DNA of 64,000 nucleotides from Verrucomicrobiia bacterium (GCA_049692125.1 JBAVOO010000038.1:5588-69587); one strand, 5' to 3'; counted from the stretch's first letter, positions 34,414 through 42,736 are shown. Notes: a model not told the origin generated them from the letters alone. Translations and numbers: made by a program.

Positions 34414-34443
34414 TTTCAGCGTTTCAGCTTTCAGGATTTCAGC
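34414..34443. repeat. Degenerate tandem heptamer (N)TTTCAGC x4
   Basis: tttcagc g tttcagc tttcagg a tttcagc, read directly from the sequence. Confidence 0.5.
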
Positions 34444-34543
34444 TTTTCCCGCCCCACGCCCCATTCCTTTTCCCAATCATCCAGCGGCGTATCCCGACTT
34501 GGTTCAGATAGTGGGTCAGTTTGAACCTGGATTGGTGGGGCGA

Positions 34544-34621
34544 GACTCCCGGCGGGCCGATTTTGGCAATAAATCCCATCAACCCCGGCTCGCGAGGACG
34601 CTCGCCCCACCAAATTGACCC
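34544..34621. repeat. Family B repeat (intergenic copy)
   Basis: Sequence ggtggggcgagactcc ... ggctcgcgaggacgctcgccccacc. Confidence 0.75.
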
Positions 34622-34688
34622 ACTACCTTGGTTCATGCTTCGTTGCCATTCGCGCGGAATCGTCTAAATTTGCCGCGAGCAAAACTTT

Positions 34689-35612
34689 ATGACGCGCTTC
34701 TACGAACAACTCGTCGCGGCATTGGCGGAAAACCGGCCGTTCGCGCTGGCGCTGATTTCCGGCACGAAAGGCTCCAGCCCGCAGCGCATCGGCGCCAAGG
34801 CGCTGTTTTTCCCCGACGGAAAAATCGTCGGCACACTCGGCGGCGGCTGTCTCGAAGCCGAAGTCCACGCCCGCGCCAAAAAAGCCCTGAAGTCCGGCCA
34901 GCCCACAACGTTCGAGATGGTGCTTGATCACAATTTCGGCTGGGACGACGGGTTGATTTGCGGCGGCAGCGTGAGCGGCCTGATTTTGCCGCGCGCGGCG
35001 GAAGCGGCGGCACTCTGGCAAAAACTCGCCGCCGTCACCAAACCGGTTTGCTGGGGCGTGAAAAAAGATTTTTCCATCGCACCGGTGGAATGCGGCGGCG
35101 ACGAATGGTTTTACCAGGAAACGGTTTCGCCGCCGACGGCGCTGTGGATTGCCGGTTCCGGCCATGTCGCGCAGGCCGTCGCGCCGCTGGCCTTGCAATT
35201 GGATTTCGCCGTGACGGTTTTTGATGACCGGCCGGAACTGGCGAACCACCGGATTTTTCCGCCCGCCACGCAACTGCAAGTCGGCGGCTGGCATGAACTC
35301 TTGAAAGTGCCGTTGCCGAAATCGCCCACGTTCGGACTCATCGTCACGCGCGGCCACCAGCATGACGCGTTGGTACTGTCGGAGTGGATTCATCTTCCGT
35401 TTGTTTTTCTCGGCATGATTGGCAGCCGCCGCAAGGCGCGCATCATGCGCGAGCAGTTTTTGAAACAAAACATCGCGTCGGCCGAGCAGTTCGACCGGCT
35501 CGCCTGTCCGGTGGGCCTGGAAATCCAGGCCGTGGGCACGCACGAAATCGCCGTGAGCGTGATGGCCCAGTTCATTCAAAAACGCGCAGAATATGTTAAC
35601 CGTGACAAGTGA
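34689..35612 (+). CDS. xdhC: XdhC/CoxI-family molybdenum-hydroxylase maturation chaperone
   Basis: 307 aa. GSSPQRIGAKALF..DG...GTLGGGCLEAEV and IAGSGHVAQA...VTRGHQHD...GMIGSRRK fit the XdhC architecture. Confidence 0.9.
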   Translation: MTRFYEQLVAALAENRPFALALISGTKGSSPQRIGAKALFFPDGKIVGTLGGGCLEAEVHARAKKALKSGQPTTFEMVLDHNFGWDDGLICGGSVSGLILPRAAEAAALWQKLAAVTKPVCWGVKKDFSIAPVECGGDEWFYQETVSPPTALWIAGSGHVAQAVAPLALQLDFAVTVFDDRPELANHRIFPPATQLQVGGWHELLKVPLPKSPTFGLIVTRGHQHDALVLSEWIHLPFVFLGMIGSRRKARIMREQFLKQNIASAEQFDRLACPVGLEIQAVGTHEIAVSVMAQFIQKRAEYVNRDK

Positions 35613-35657
35613 CGAGTGACACGTGACAGGATTTCGTGTCACCTGTCACCTGTCACA
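35602..35657. repeat. Long imperfect hairpin built from GTGAC(A/C) heptad-like repeats, spanning the xdhC stop to the mocA start
   Basis: Left arm gtgacaagtgacgagtgacacg and right arm gtgtcacctgtcacctgtcac, with about 18/21 pairing. The mocA ATG (35657) follows immediately. Confidence 0.6.
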
Positions 35658-36280
35658 TGCCACCGATTAAGGATCAAACGGTATTGGGCGTGGTCATCCT
35701 TGGCGCGGGCGCGTCGTCGCGGATGGGCCGGCCCAAGCTGCTGCTGCCCTGGCGCGACACCACCATCATCGGCCATTTGCTCAAACAATGGCGCGACCTC
35801 GGCGCGGCGCAAATTGGCATCGTCCTGCGTCCACCAGACGCGCCGCTGGCTGCCGAACTGGACCGGCTGGGTTTTCCGCACGCTGACCGCATTGAAAACC
35901 CGCAACCGGAGCGCGGCATGTTCAGCTCGATTCTCTGTGCAGCAAGCTGGCCCGGCTGGAAGGATGAAATCGCCACCTGGGCCATCGTACTGGGCGACCA
36001 GCCGCATTTGCGTATGGAAATGCTGCGCCAACTGCTGGAATTTCATGGCGCGAACGCCGACGCGGTCTGCCAGCTCGAATTTGACGGGCACGCGCGGCAT
36101 CCGGTTTTGCTGCCGCGCCGGGCATTCAAGGCGCTGAAAGTGTCCCAGGCCGAAACGTTGAAGGATTTTTTGAAACGAACTTCCGTCCGCTGCCTCCGCT
36201 GTTCCGTGGATGAACCCGGTCTGGCGCTGGATCTGGATACGCCGGAGGATTACCAACGGGCAAAGGGTGCCGGCTTGTAG
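35657..36280 (+). CDS. mocA: Molybdenum cofactor cytidylyltransferase (MobA-like NTP transferase, MocA family)
   Basis: VVILGAGASSRMGRPKLLLPW, VLGDQP, GHPVLL-like block and LDLDTPEDY fit MocA/YgfJ. The TAG stop lies inside repeat A5. Confidence 0.85.
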   Translation: MPPIKDQTVLGVVILGAGASSRMGRPKLLLPWRDTTIIGHLLKQWRDLGAAQIGIVLRPPDAPLAAELDRLGFPHADRIENPQPERGMFSSILCAASWPGWKDEIATWAIVLGDQPHLRMEMLRQLLEFHGANADAVCQLEFDGHARHPVLLPRRAFKALKVSQAETLKDFLKRTSVRCLRCSVDEPGLALDLDTPEDYQRAKGAGL

Positions 36281-36329
36281 CGCAGGTTTCCAAACCTGCT
36301 GTATTGCCGACTTACAAGTCGGCAAGGCG
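36277..36329. repeat. Family A repeat, half copy
   Basis: Sequence gtagcgcaggtttccaaacctgctgtattgccgacttacaagtcggc. No matching GCGCTAC end is seen. Confidence 0.75.
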
Positions 36330-36345
36330 TTAGGAGCCTGAGATT

Positions 36346-36417
36346 GTAGGAGCCGACGTGAGGAGGCTCTGACTGAAACCCCGAATTGGAAATGAGTCTC
36401 GTTACCTCGTCTCCTAC
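36346..36417. repeat. Family C palindromic repeat (intergenic copy)
   Basis: Termini gtaggagccgacgtgaggaggctc ... gagtctcgttacctcgtctcctac. The right arm's reverse complement differs by 1 nt from the left arm of the 3874 copy. Confidence 0.7.
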
Positions 36418-36432
36418 AAAAAATGACAACGG

Positions 36433-36558
36433 ATGGTACCCGTCTGTGCGCGGGCGCTCGTCCTCGAATGGGCGGCATTGCATCGCGCGGAACTACGGCA
36501 GGCTTGGGAACTGGCCAGTCGCAATCAAGAGCCTTCCAAAATCGCACCGTTGGAGTAA
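36433..36558 (+). pseudogene. C-terminal remnant of a DUF4160-family gene
   Basis: Hand translation gives MVPVCARALVLEWAALHRAELRQAWELASRNQEPSKIAPLE*, which resembles a DUF4160 C-terminus (...EWA..H..EL...W). The expected roughly 50 N-terminal codons are replaced by the repeats at 36277-36417. Confidence 0.45.
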
Positions 36559-36567
36559 TATAAGGCC

Positions 36568-36864
36568 ATGATTCGGATCATTTCTGCCGAACCGCTGCCA
36601 CAATGCCGGTTGAAAGTCACCTTCAATGACGGCGTGAGCGGGATTTTCCCCGTTGAACCCGAACGGCGCGGCGGCGTGTTTCTGAAATTGCTTGATGCAA
36701 AAATTTTCAATGCCGTGACCGTCAATCCCGATTTCGGCTGCGTGGAATGGCCCGGGGGCGTTGACCTTTGCCCGGACACGATGCATCAGGCCATGACCGG
36801 TGCGGCAGCGGAAGCAGAACTCCATTCGCCAATGGCTTTGCGCGAAGAAAAGAAAAAACCGTAG
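36568..36864 (+). CDS. DUF2442 domain protein
   Basis: MIRIISAEPLPQCRLKVTFNDGVSGIFPVEP...FNAVTVNPDFGCVEWPGGVDLCPD fits DUF2442, the usual partner of DUF4160. Confidence 0.75.
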   Translation: MIRIISAEPLPQCRLKVTFNDGVSGIFPVEPERRGGVFLKLLDAKIFNAVTVNPDFGCVEWPGGVDLCPDTMHQAMTGAAAEAELHSPMALREEKKKP

Positions 36865-37013
36865 CTGCCGTCGTGGCGGCGTCTCGGCAGAGCGGCGCAA
36901 ACTGTGACGGGAATTCAAATGGCGGCTTTCTCCCGAAAGCCGCTACGCCGAAGGCGGACTTGTCGCGCCGAAATCGGATGAAGGCGGACGGGGCGCAGCC
37001 GCAAACGGGACGT

Positions 37014-37064
37014 GTAGTGTCGGCGCTGTGCGCCGATACGTTCGAGCCACAGGCTCGACGCTAC
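37014..37064. repeat. Family A-like degenerate copy
   Basis: gtagtg tcggcgctgtgcgccga tacgt tcgagccacaggctcga cgctac. Confidence 0.4.
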
Positions 37065-37172
37065 ATCCGCATTCCGAATTCCGCAGGGGCAACGGACTCT
37101 TTTCCTGAATCCATTTTGGGAGGACGATTGGGGCAAGGAGCGTTTGAATTGATGCAGCCGGAAGATGAGACC

Positions 37173-37572
37173 ATGAGCGACTTTCTCAAATGTGATTGTC
37201 CACACTGCGGACAGCCTATCGAATACCCGGCGGAAGGCGTGGGCCAGACCGTTCCGTGTCCGACTTGTGAAAATCCTTTTGTGTTGTTGCCCTCAAATCC
37301 ACCAACATCACTCGCGCCGGACAGCGACGCGATTTCCCCTGTGATGGCCGTGCGCAAGCACCTTGGGCGTGAACGTCATCGGCATCGTGTCGGCCAAGCT
37401 GGATGCATCGGTGGCGCGGGCGGCGAGTGGGCAGTTGCCGGAGAATGTCAATTACGCGGTAAAGAGTAGTTTTCTGTTGAGCTTCCTCGAATCCGTGCCG
37501 GAAGTTTCCGTCAAGCTGAAAGAACCCATCACGGCTGACCGGAAGTTTGAGGACGTGGTGAAATCGGCATAA
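37173..37572 (+). pseudogene. Frameshifted remnant: zinc-ribbon N-terminus plus the C-terminal tail of a trypsin-like (S1C-type) peptidase
   Basis: MSDFLKCDCPHCGQPIEYPAEGVGQTVPCPTCENPF lies in one frame. From about 37363 a second frame reads GVNVIGIVSAKL...LPENVNYAVKSSFLLSFL, which looks like the end of a serine-protease domain. The catalytic core is absent. Confidence 0.35.
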
Positions 37573-37757
37573 GACGCTGCCGTCCTTGTCCTCGTTTATT
37601 GAATAAGGAAACCAAGAACCCAAGAAGGCGGAAGCGAAGCCAGTTCATGGTTTCATGGATTCCTTATTGAATCCAAAGACGGCGCGCACGGAGTGACGCG
37701 CCCTACCTTCGTGTAGTTCGTGTGTTTCGTGGTTAATGAATTCCTTGTTCTGATCTT

Positions 37758-38732
37758 TCATCCGCCGATGGCGGTCATCGGGCGGCAGGGCTGGTATTGA
37801 TTGCGGAACTGGTGTTCCAGCGGTTTCACTCGCAGCGCGGTTTCCAGCAATTCCCGCAATGCGCCATCGCTGGCGCCGCTCCGCAACGCCGCGCGAAGAT
37901 CCACTTCGACATGGTTGCCGAGACAGGGACGCACCTTGCCGTCGGCGGTCAGCCGCATCTTGTTGCAGTTGTCGCAGAAATGCTCGTTCGTCAGCGCGCC
38001 GACGAAGCCAACCATGGCGCCGGTTTGTTTCAGCCGGAAATACTTCGCCGGCCCGTGGCCGAGACGGCACTCCGGCTGCGGAATCAATTCATCGTGCCGG
38101 GACAGGAATTGCATCACCTCGCCGCAGGGCAGGAAATTTTTCTCCGTCAAAACCTCGGTCGTCGTCAGCGGCATCAATTCGATGAGTCGCAGCGGCAGGC
38201 CGTGTTCCGCGGCGAACCGGACCAGCGGCCAGATTTCCGCCTCGTTCACGCCGCGCATGAGCACACAGTTCAGTTTCACGCGTTCAAAACCAGCGTCCAC
38301 CGCCGCGCGGATGCCGGCCAGCACGCGCGCCACGTCGCCGCCGGTGATGCGGTGGTAAATCGCCGGGTCCAGCGCGTCGAGGCTCACGTTCACCGTGCGC
38401 AAGCCGGCATCGCGCAAGGCTTTCGTGAGCGCGGCCAGCTTCATTCCGTTGGTGGAAAGCCCGATGCATTCCACGCCGGGAATTGCCGACATGGCGCGGA
38501 CGATTTCCGGCACGTCGCCGCGCACGAGCGGTTCGCCGCCGGTCAGCCGGAATTTGCGGAAGCCCAGCCCCGCCGCCACGCGCACGACGCGGACGATTTC
38601 CTCCGCCGTCAGATGGTCGGACTGGCGTTCCCAGCCCTTGTAACCCTCCGGCATGCAGTAGAGACAACGCTCGTTGCACCGGTCGGTGACCGAGATGCGC
38701 AGGTAATCAATTTTTCGTCCAAACGGATCCAT
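37758..38732 (-). CDS. moaA: GTP 3',8-cyclase MoaA (radical SAM)
   Basis: YLRISVTDRCNERCLYCMP; C-terminal CDNCNKMRLTADGKVRPCL. Confidence 0.93.
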   Translation of the reverse strand: MDPFGRKIDYLRISVTDRCNERCLYCMPEGYKGWERQSDHLTAEEIVRVVRVAAGLGFRKFRLTGGEPLVRGDVPEIVRAMSAIPGVECIGLSTNGMKLAALTKALRDAGLRTVNVSLDALDPAIYHRITGGDVARVLAGIRAAVDAGFERVKLNCVLMRGVNEAEIWPLVRFAAEHGLPLRLIELMPLTTTEVLTEKNFLPCGEVMQFLSRHDELIPQPECRLGHGPAKYFRLKQTGAMVGFVGALTNEHFCDNCNKMRLTADGKVRPCLGNHVEVDLRAALRSGASDGALRELLETALRVKPLEHQFRNQYQPCRPMTAIGG

Positions 38733-38770
38733 GCAAATTCATTTTAAACCACGAAACACACGAAAAAATT

Positions 38771-38836
38771 GGAACGCCGAGCACCGTCTCGGCTCGATTC
38801 CAATGATTTTCGTGCCGAGGCAGTGCTCGGCGCTCC
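38771..38836. repeat. Family D repeat (GGAACGCCGAGCACCG ... GTGCTCGGCGCTCC), intergenic copy
   Basis: Nearly identical core to 41225-41296. It is flanked by cacgaaacacacgaa / ttcgtgtttttcgtgg inverted motifs. Confidence 0.75.
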
Positions 38837-38871
38837 GTTCAGTTGCCTTCGTGTTTTTCGTGGTTTCCATT

Positions 38872-39360
38872 TTATTTCTCGTGCGGATCTTCGCCGCGCA
38901 AATGCGCCAGCCCTTCGCGGATGGCCGGCGCGAGAATTTCCAGGCACTCGCGCACTGCCGACGGCCTGCCCGGCAGATTCACAATCAAACACGCGCCGCG
39001 CGTCCCGGCCACGGCGCGCGACAGGATGGCCGTCTTCACCCGCGTCAGCGATTGCATCCGCATTGCCTCGCCGAAACCCGGCAGCTCTTTTTCCAGCACG
39101 GCACTGGTCGCCTCCGGCGTCACATCGCGCGCGGAAATTCCCGTGCCTCCCGTCGTCACCACCATATCACATTTTTGCACGTCGGCGAGCTTTCTCAATG
39201 CCGCCGAAATCAATTCCACCTCATCCGGCACGATAAGCGACTCGAATTTCACGGCGTCGCCGAGAAATTCGCGCAACACGTTCTCAATCTCCGGCCCGCT
39301 GCGGTCGGCGTAAACGCCCGCCGAGGCGCGGTCGCTGACGGTGAGGCGGCCGATTTTCAT
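38872..39360 (-). CDS. mog: Molybdopterin adenylyltransferase MogA
   Basis: VSDRASAGVYADRSGP, TTGGTGISARDVTPEA and PGFGEAMR match E. coli MogA. Confidence 0.88.
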   Translation of the reverse strand: MKIGRLTVSDRASAGVYADRSGPEIENVLREFLGDAVKFESLIVPDEVELISAALRKLADVQKCDMVVTTGGTGISARDVTPEATSAVLEKELPGFGEAMRMQSLTRVKTAILSRAVAGTRGACLIVNLPGRPSAVRECLEILAPAIREGLAHLRGEDPHEK

Positions 39361-39385
39361 GATTGTTCTCGACGCGCGCGATAGC

Positions 39386-39469
39386 GTCTTGGACTGCGGC
39401 AGCCCTCTGCCGCTTTGGAATCACCAGTCCGCGCGCAAAAAGCGCCAGAGGGCTGGCGCACTCCAAGAC
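39386..39469. repeat. Family E repeat (intergenic copy)
   Basis: Sequence gtcttggactgcggcagccctctg ... cagagggctggcgcactccaagac. Confidence 0.65.
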
Positions 39470-39489
39470 CTGGCGGAAGCACGAGCGAT

Positions 39490-39948
39490 TCACTCCAAGT
39501 CATGTTTCTCCTTTGTAACCACGTGTACATTTTCAATCCGCATGGTTTTGTCCACCGCCTTGCACATGTCGTATAGCGCCAGCGCGGCCACGGTCACGCC
39601 TGTCAACGCCTCCATCTCCACACCCGTCTGCGCGCAGGTCTCGGCGATGCAGATAATCTCAATTGCCACCCGTCCAACGCGAAAACTCACCTCGACATGA
39701 TCCAGCCCCAGCGGATGACAAAGCGGAATCAGCTCCGCCGTTCGTTTGGCGGCCTGGATGCCGGCGATTTGCGCCACGGTCAGCACGTCGCCCTTCGGCA
39801 AGACATTCTTTTTGAGGGCGTGAATGGTGGCTGGCGCACAAACCAGCCTGCCCTCAGCCACAGCGCGACGGCGCTGCACCGGCTTGTGGCCGACGTTGAC
39901 CATGCGCGCGCCGCCGTCGGCGTCGAGATGTGAAAATGTCTTTTTCAT
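39490..39948 (-). CDS. moaC: Cyclic pyranopterin monophosphate synthase MoaC
   Basis: MVNVGHKP...KGDVLTVAQIAGIQAAKRTAELIPLCHPL...GVEMEALT. Confidence 0.92.
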   Translation of the reverse strand: MKKTFSHLDADGGARMVNVGHKPVQRRRAVAEGRLVCAPATIHALKKNVLPKGDVLTVAQIAGIQAAKRTAELIPLCHPLGLDHVEVSFRVGRVAIEIICIAETCAQTGVEMEALTGVTVAALALYDMCKAVDKTMRIENVHVVTKEKHDLE

Positions 39949-40016
39949 TCAATTTAGGCGGTTCAGCAGCACCGCCCTGCCAACAAGGGTAGGGCGGCGC
40001 TGCCGCGCGGCCTGAT

Positions 40017-41675
40017 TTATCCGCCGCCAAGCATAGCCGTCACTGGCAAAAAATCCACCCCGGCGAATTTTTCGATTACACCCTGGTTGGCCGGCACGCG
40101 GACCAGCGCATTCGCCGCCGCCAGGCAGGTGATGTCGCCGGAACTCGCCCAGGCCAGCGGGCGCAGGCGCGGCGCGGCATCATTCCATTCCCATCGGGCC
40201 GGCCAGAGCGTATCGCGCGGGCAGGGTTTGTCGTCGAGTTTTTCAGCAAGCTGCCCGCGCAGAAATTCCGGTGGTACACCGCCGGTCAGACCCGCCAGCG
40301 CCGTGGCGACGGCAAAATGGAAACAGACGAAATGCGAGAGCGGGTTGCCCGGCAGCCCGAAGGCCACGCGCGGGCCGTTCACGCCGAAGATCAGCGGCCG
40401 GCCGGGGCGCAGGTCAATCTGGCTGAATACGATTTCAAAGCCGAGCCGCTCAAATAACGCACGGGTAAAATCGGTTTCGCCCACGCTGGCGCCGCCGGAA
40501 ACCAGCAGCACGTCGGCGTTGCCGATAGCCGATAGCCGATAGCCGATAGCCGATTTTGCCCCCTCGAAATCCTCCGGCAAATGGGTTTGCTCCAGGTCGC
40601 ATGGAAAACTCTGGAGCAGGGCGCGGATGAGGATGGAATTGCTGTTGCGAATCTGGCCCGGTTTCGGCGTTCGGTCCGGCGGCACGATTTCATCACCGGT
40701 CGTAAAATGAACGACGCGCAATCGCGGGCTGACGGACGGATTGACATTTCCCGTCGTTGCCAGGATTGCCAGCGCACCGGCATTCAGTTTTGTTCCCGTG
40801 GACACAAGCGGCTGGCCTTGCCGCACCTCCTCGCCGCGCCGCCGGACGTTTGTCGAAATCTCCTGGCGCAAGAGACGGAGTTTGTCGCCGTCGCGTTCGA
40901 CGTATTCCTGCATCACCACGCGCAGGTTGTCGCACGGCAGCGCCGCGCCGGTCGCCACGCGCACGGCTTCGCCAGGTTTGAGCGGGCGCGGTTTCCAGTC
41001 GGCAGCATGAATCGTGTCCACGACGGAAAAAGTTTTCGACTCATCATCGGCGAGGATCGCATAACCGTCGCGCGTCGAGCGGTCCACCGGCGGCAAATCT
41101 TCCGGCGCGCAAACCGTTTCGCGCAGGACGCGCCCCAGCGCCTCGGCCAACGGCGTGCGTACGGCGGGCAACGGTTGGCAACGGGAGCGGATTTCTACAA
41201 TTGCTTCGTCCAGAGAGAGCGGTTGGAGCGCCGAGCACCGGCTCGGCGTGGTTCCAATGATATTTTGATTCGTGCCGAGGCGGTGCTCGGCGTTCCGGGC
41301 GCTTCGTTTCCAAATCGGCACGTCCTGCTTGAGGCGGTCCATGAATTCAGCCAGCAACGCAATGGCCTCGCCGCGATGCGGCGACGCCACGCCGACGTAA
41401 ATGGCCGTTTCGCCGGCGGGAATGACGCCGACGCGATGAATCACCCTGGCCGCCCGGCAGGGATGGCGCGCGGAAATGTCCTGCAGCAGCCGTCGGATTT
41501 CGCGCCCGGCCATTTCGGGATAGGCTTCGTATTCGAGGGCGCGGATGGCCTGGCCGTTTTCCTCACCACGAACCACCCCGCGAAATTCAAGCCACGCGCC
41601 GGCCGTGCCGGGTTGCCCTGGCGGTGAAATATTTTCCGCGATGGGCTGGTCGGTGAATTGGATTTCGATTTCCAT
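40017..41675 (-). CDS. MoaE-MoeA fusion (molybdopterin synthase catalytic subunit + molybdopterin molybdotransferase)
   Basis: Residues 1 to about 135 are MoaE (EYEAYPEMA...HRVGVIPAGE...SPHRGEAI...DVPIWK). From LSLDEAIV...AEALGRVLRE...STRDGYA onward it is MoeA. Single uninterrupted ORF of 552 aa. Confidence 0.9.
   Translation of the reverse strand: MEIEIQFTDQPIAENISPPGQPGTAGAWLEFRGVVRGEENGQAIRALEYEAYPEMAGREIRRLLQDISARHPCRAARVIHRVGVIPAGETAIYVGVASPHRGEAIALLAEFMDRLKQDVPIWKRSARNAEHRLGTNQNIIGTTPSRCSALQPLSLDEAIVEIRSRCQPLPAVRTPLAEALGRVLRETVCAPEDLPPVDRSTRDGYAILADDESKTFSVVDTIHAADWKPRPLKPGEAVRVATGAALPCDNLRVVMQEYVERDGDKLRLLRQEISTNVRRRGEEVRQGQPLVSTGTKLNAGALAILATTGNVNPSVSPRLRVVHFTTGDEIVPPDRTPKPGQIRNSNSILIRALLQSFPCDLEQTHLPEDFEGAKSAIGYRLSAIGNADVLLVSGGASVGETDFTRALFERLGFEIVFSQIDLRPGRPLIFGVNGPRVAFGLPGNPLSHFVCFHFAVATALAGLTGGVPPEFLRGQLAEKLDDKPCPRDTLWPARWEWNDAAPRLRPLAWASSGDITCLAAANALVRVPANQGVIEKFAGVDFLPVTAMLGGG
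40521..40554. repeat. Tandem heptanucleotide GCCGATA x4.8 inside the MoeA-coding part
   Basis: gccgata gccgata gccgata gccgata gccgat, read directly. Encodes ...SAIGYRLSAIG... on the minus strand. Confidence 0.85.
41225..41296. repeat. Family D repeat forming the MoaE/MoeA linker
   Basis: 72 bp, ggagcgccgagcaccggctcggc ... gccgaggcggtgctcggcgttcc. Encodes ...RNAEHRLGTNQNIIGTTPSRCSAL.... Confidence 0.75.
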
Positions 41676-41687
41676 GTGACAAATGGT

Positions 41688-41927
41688 TCAGCCGCCGGAC
41701 ACCGGCGGAATGAGTGCAACCTCGTCGCTATCGGCAAAAATGGCGTCGGGGGCGGCGTACTCCCAATTCCGCGCCAGCCGGACATTCGGGCGATGTGCGG
41801 CCAGTGCCGGAAAACGCTGCAATAACTCGGTCCAGAGCTGCGGGGCATTGAGCGGCGACGCGGCTGCGAGTTCCACGGCATCGCAGCGGGTGGCATCCTT
41901 GAGTTGGGCAAAAAAGAGAACACGCAT
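41688..41927 (-). CDS. moaD: Molybdopterin synthase sulfur-carrier subunit MoaD
   Basis: About 79 aa, ThiS/MoaD-like, ending in ...IPPVSGG. ATG at 41927; the ORF-track TTG at 41942 is less likely. Confidence 0.85.
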   Translation of the reverse strand: MRVLFFAQLKDATRCDAVELAAASPLNAPQLWTELLQRFPALAAHRPNVRLARNWEYAAPDAIFADSDEVALIPPVSGG

Positions 41928-41938
41928 GGCCGGAGAAT

Positions 41939-42700
41939 TCAAGCAGTGGCTTCAATCAACAATTTTCCGCCGGCAAAAATCAGCACGCCCGCCAGCACCC
42001 GGCTGAAGGTGACGCTGCTCCAGCGCCGCGCGCCGAAGTGCGTGCCGAGCAGCGCGCCGATGACGGCCGGCAGCGTGAGCCAGAGCAGCGGCCCGGCGTG
42101 CGTGATTTTTTCCCAGCCCGTGCCGGCGAGTCCGGCGATGGAGTTGAGCACGATGAACCCGGCCGCGATGCCGCCGGTGGTTTTCGGTTTCACCCAGCGG
42201 AACAGATACAGCAGCGGACTTAAAAAAACGCCGCCGCCAATGCCGGTCAGTCCCGCCAGGAATCCCAGCACGGCGCCGATGAGCAGCGCCAGCGGCAGGA
42301 AAAACTCATGCAGCACCACGTCGTCGGTCTGCCAGCGCGAACGCAGGAGCAGGACAAGTCCCGCCGCCGTCAGCACCGCGCCAAGGATGATTTTATAGAC
42401 CTGCGGACTGACGTGGACCCGGCTGCCCAGCCACGCGCACGGCACCGAGACGACCGCGAACGACAGCAGCACGCGCCAGTCGAAATGTCCCGCCCAGCCA
42501 AACCGCCACCACGCGATGCCGGCGACCAGAACATTGGCAATCAACACCGCCACGCGCGCGGACACGGGTGCGACTCCAACCAGCGCCAGTGCGGCGAGAT
42601 AACCCGTTGCGCCGCCGTGGCCGACTGACGAATAAAAAAACGCCACCGCAAAGACGGCGGCGAGCAAGATGGTCCAATTAAATGTCGTCAGGTCGTGCAT
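41939..42700 (-). CDS. TauE/SafE (TSUP, DUF81) family anion permease
   Basis: 253 aa, about 8 TM segments. SSVGHGGATGY and GIGGGVFLSPLL are duplicated TSUP motifs. Confidence 0.88.
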   Translation of the reverse strand: MHDLTTFNWTILLAAVFAVAFFYSSVGHGGATGYLAALALVGVAPVSARVAVLIANVLVAGIAWWRFGWAGHFDWRVLLSFAVVSVPCAWLGSRVHVSPQVYKIILGAVLTAAGLVLLLRSRWQTDDVVLHEFFLPLALLIGAVLGFLAGLTGIGGGVFLSPLLYLFRWVKPKTTGGIAAGFIVLNSIAGLAGTGWEKITHAGPLLWLTLPAVIGALLGTHFGARRWSSVTFSRVLAGVLIFAGGKLLIEATA

Positions 42701-42736
42701 GATGATTTTGAATTATTGATTTTTCACCGTGCCAGT

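Noticed and set aside
36768-37469. 233-aa ORF upstream of and across the zinc-ribbon segment.
   Set aside because: The first 135 codons cover repeat-like, low-complexity DNA. Only the part from 37173 looks protein-like, and it is frameshifted relative to the protease-like tail.
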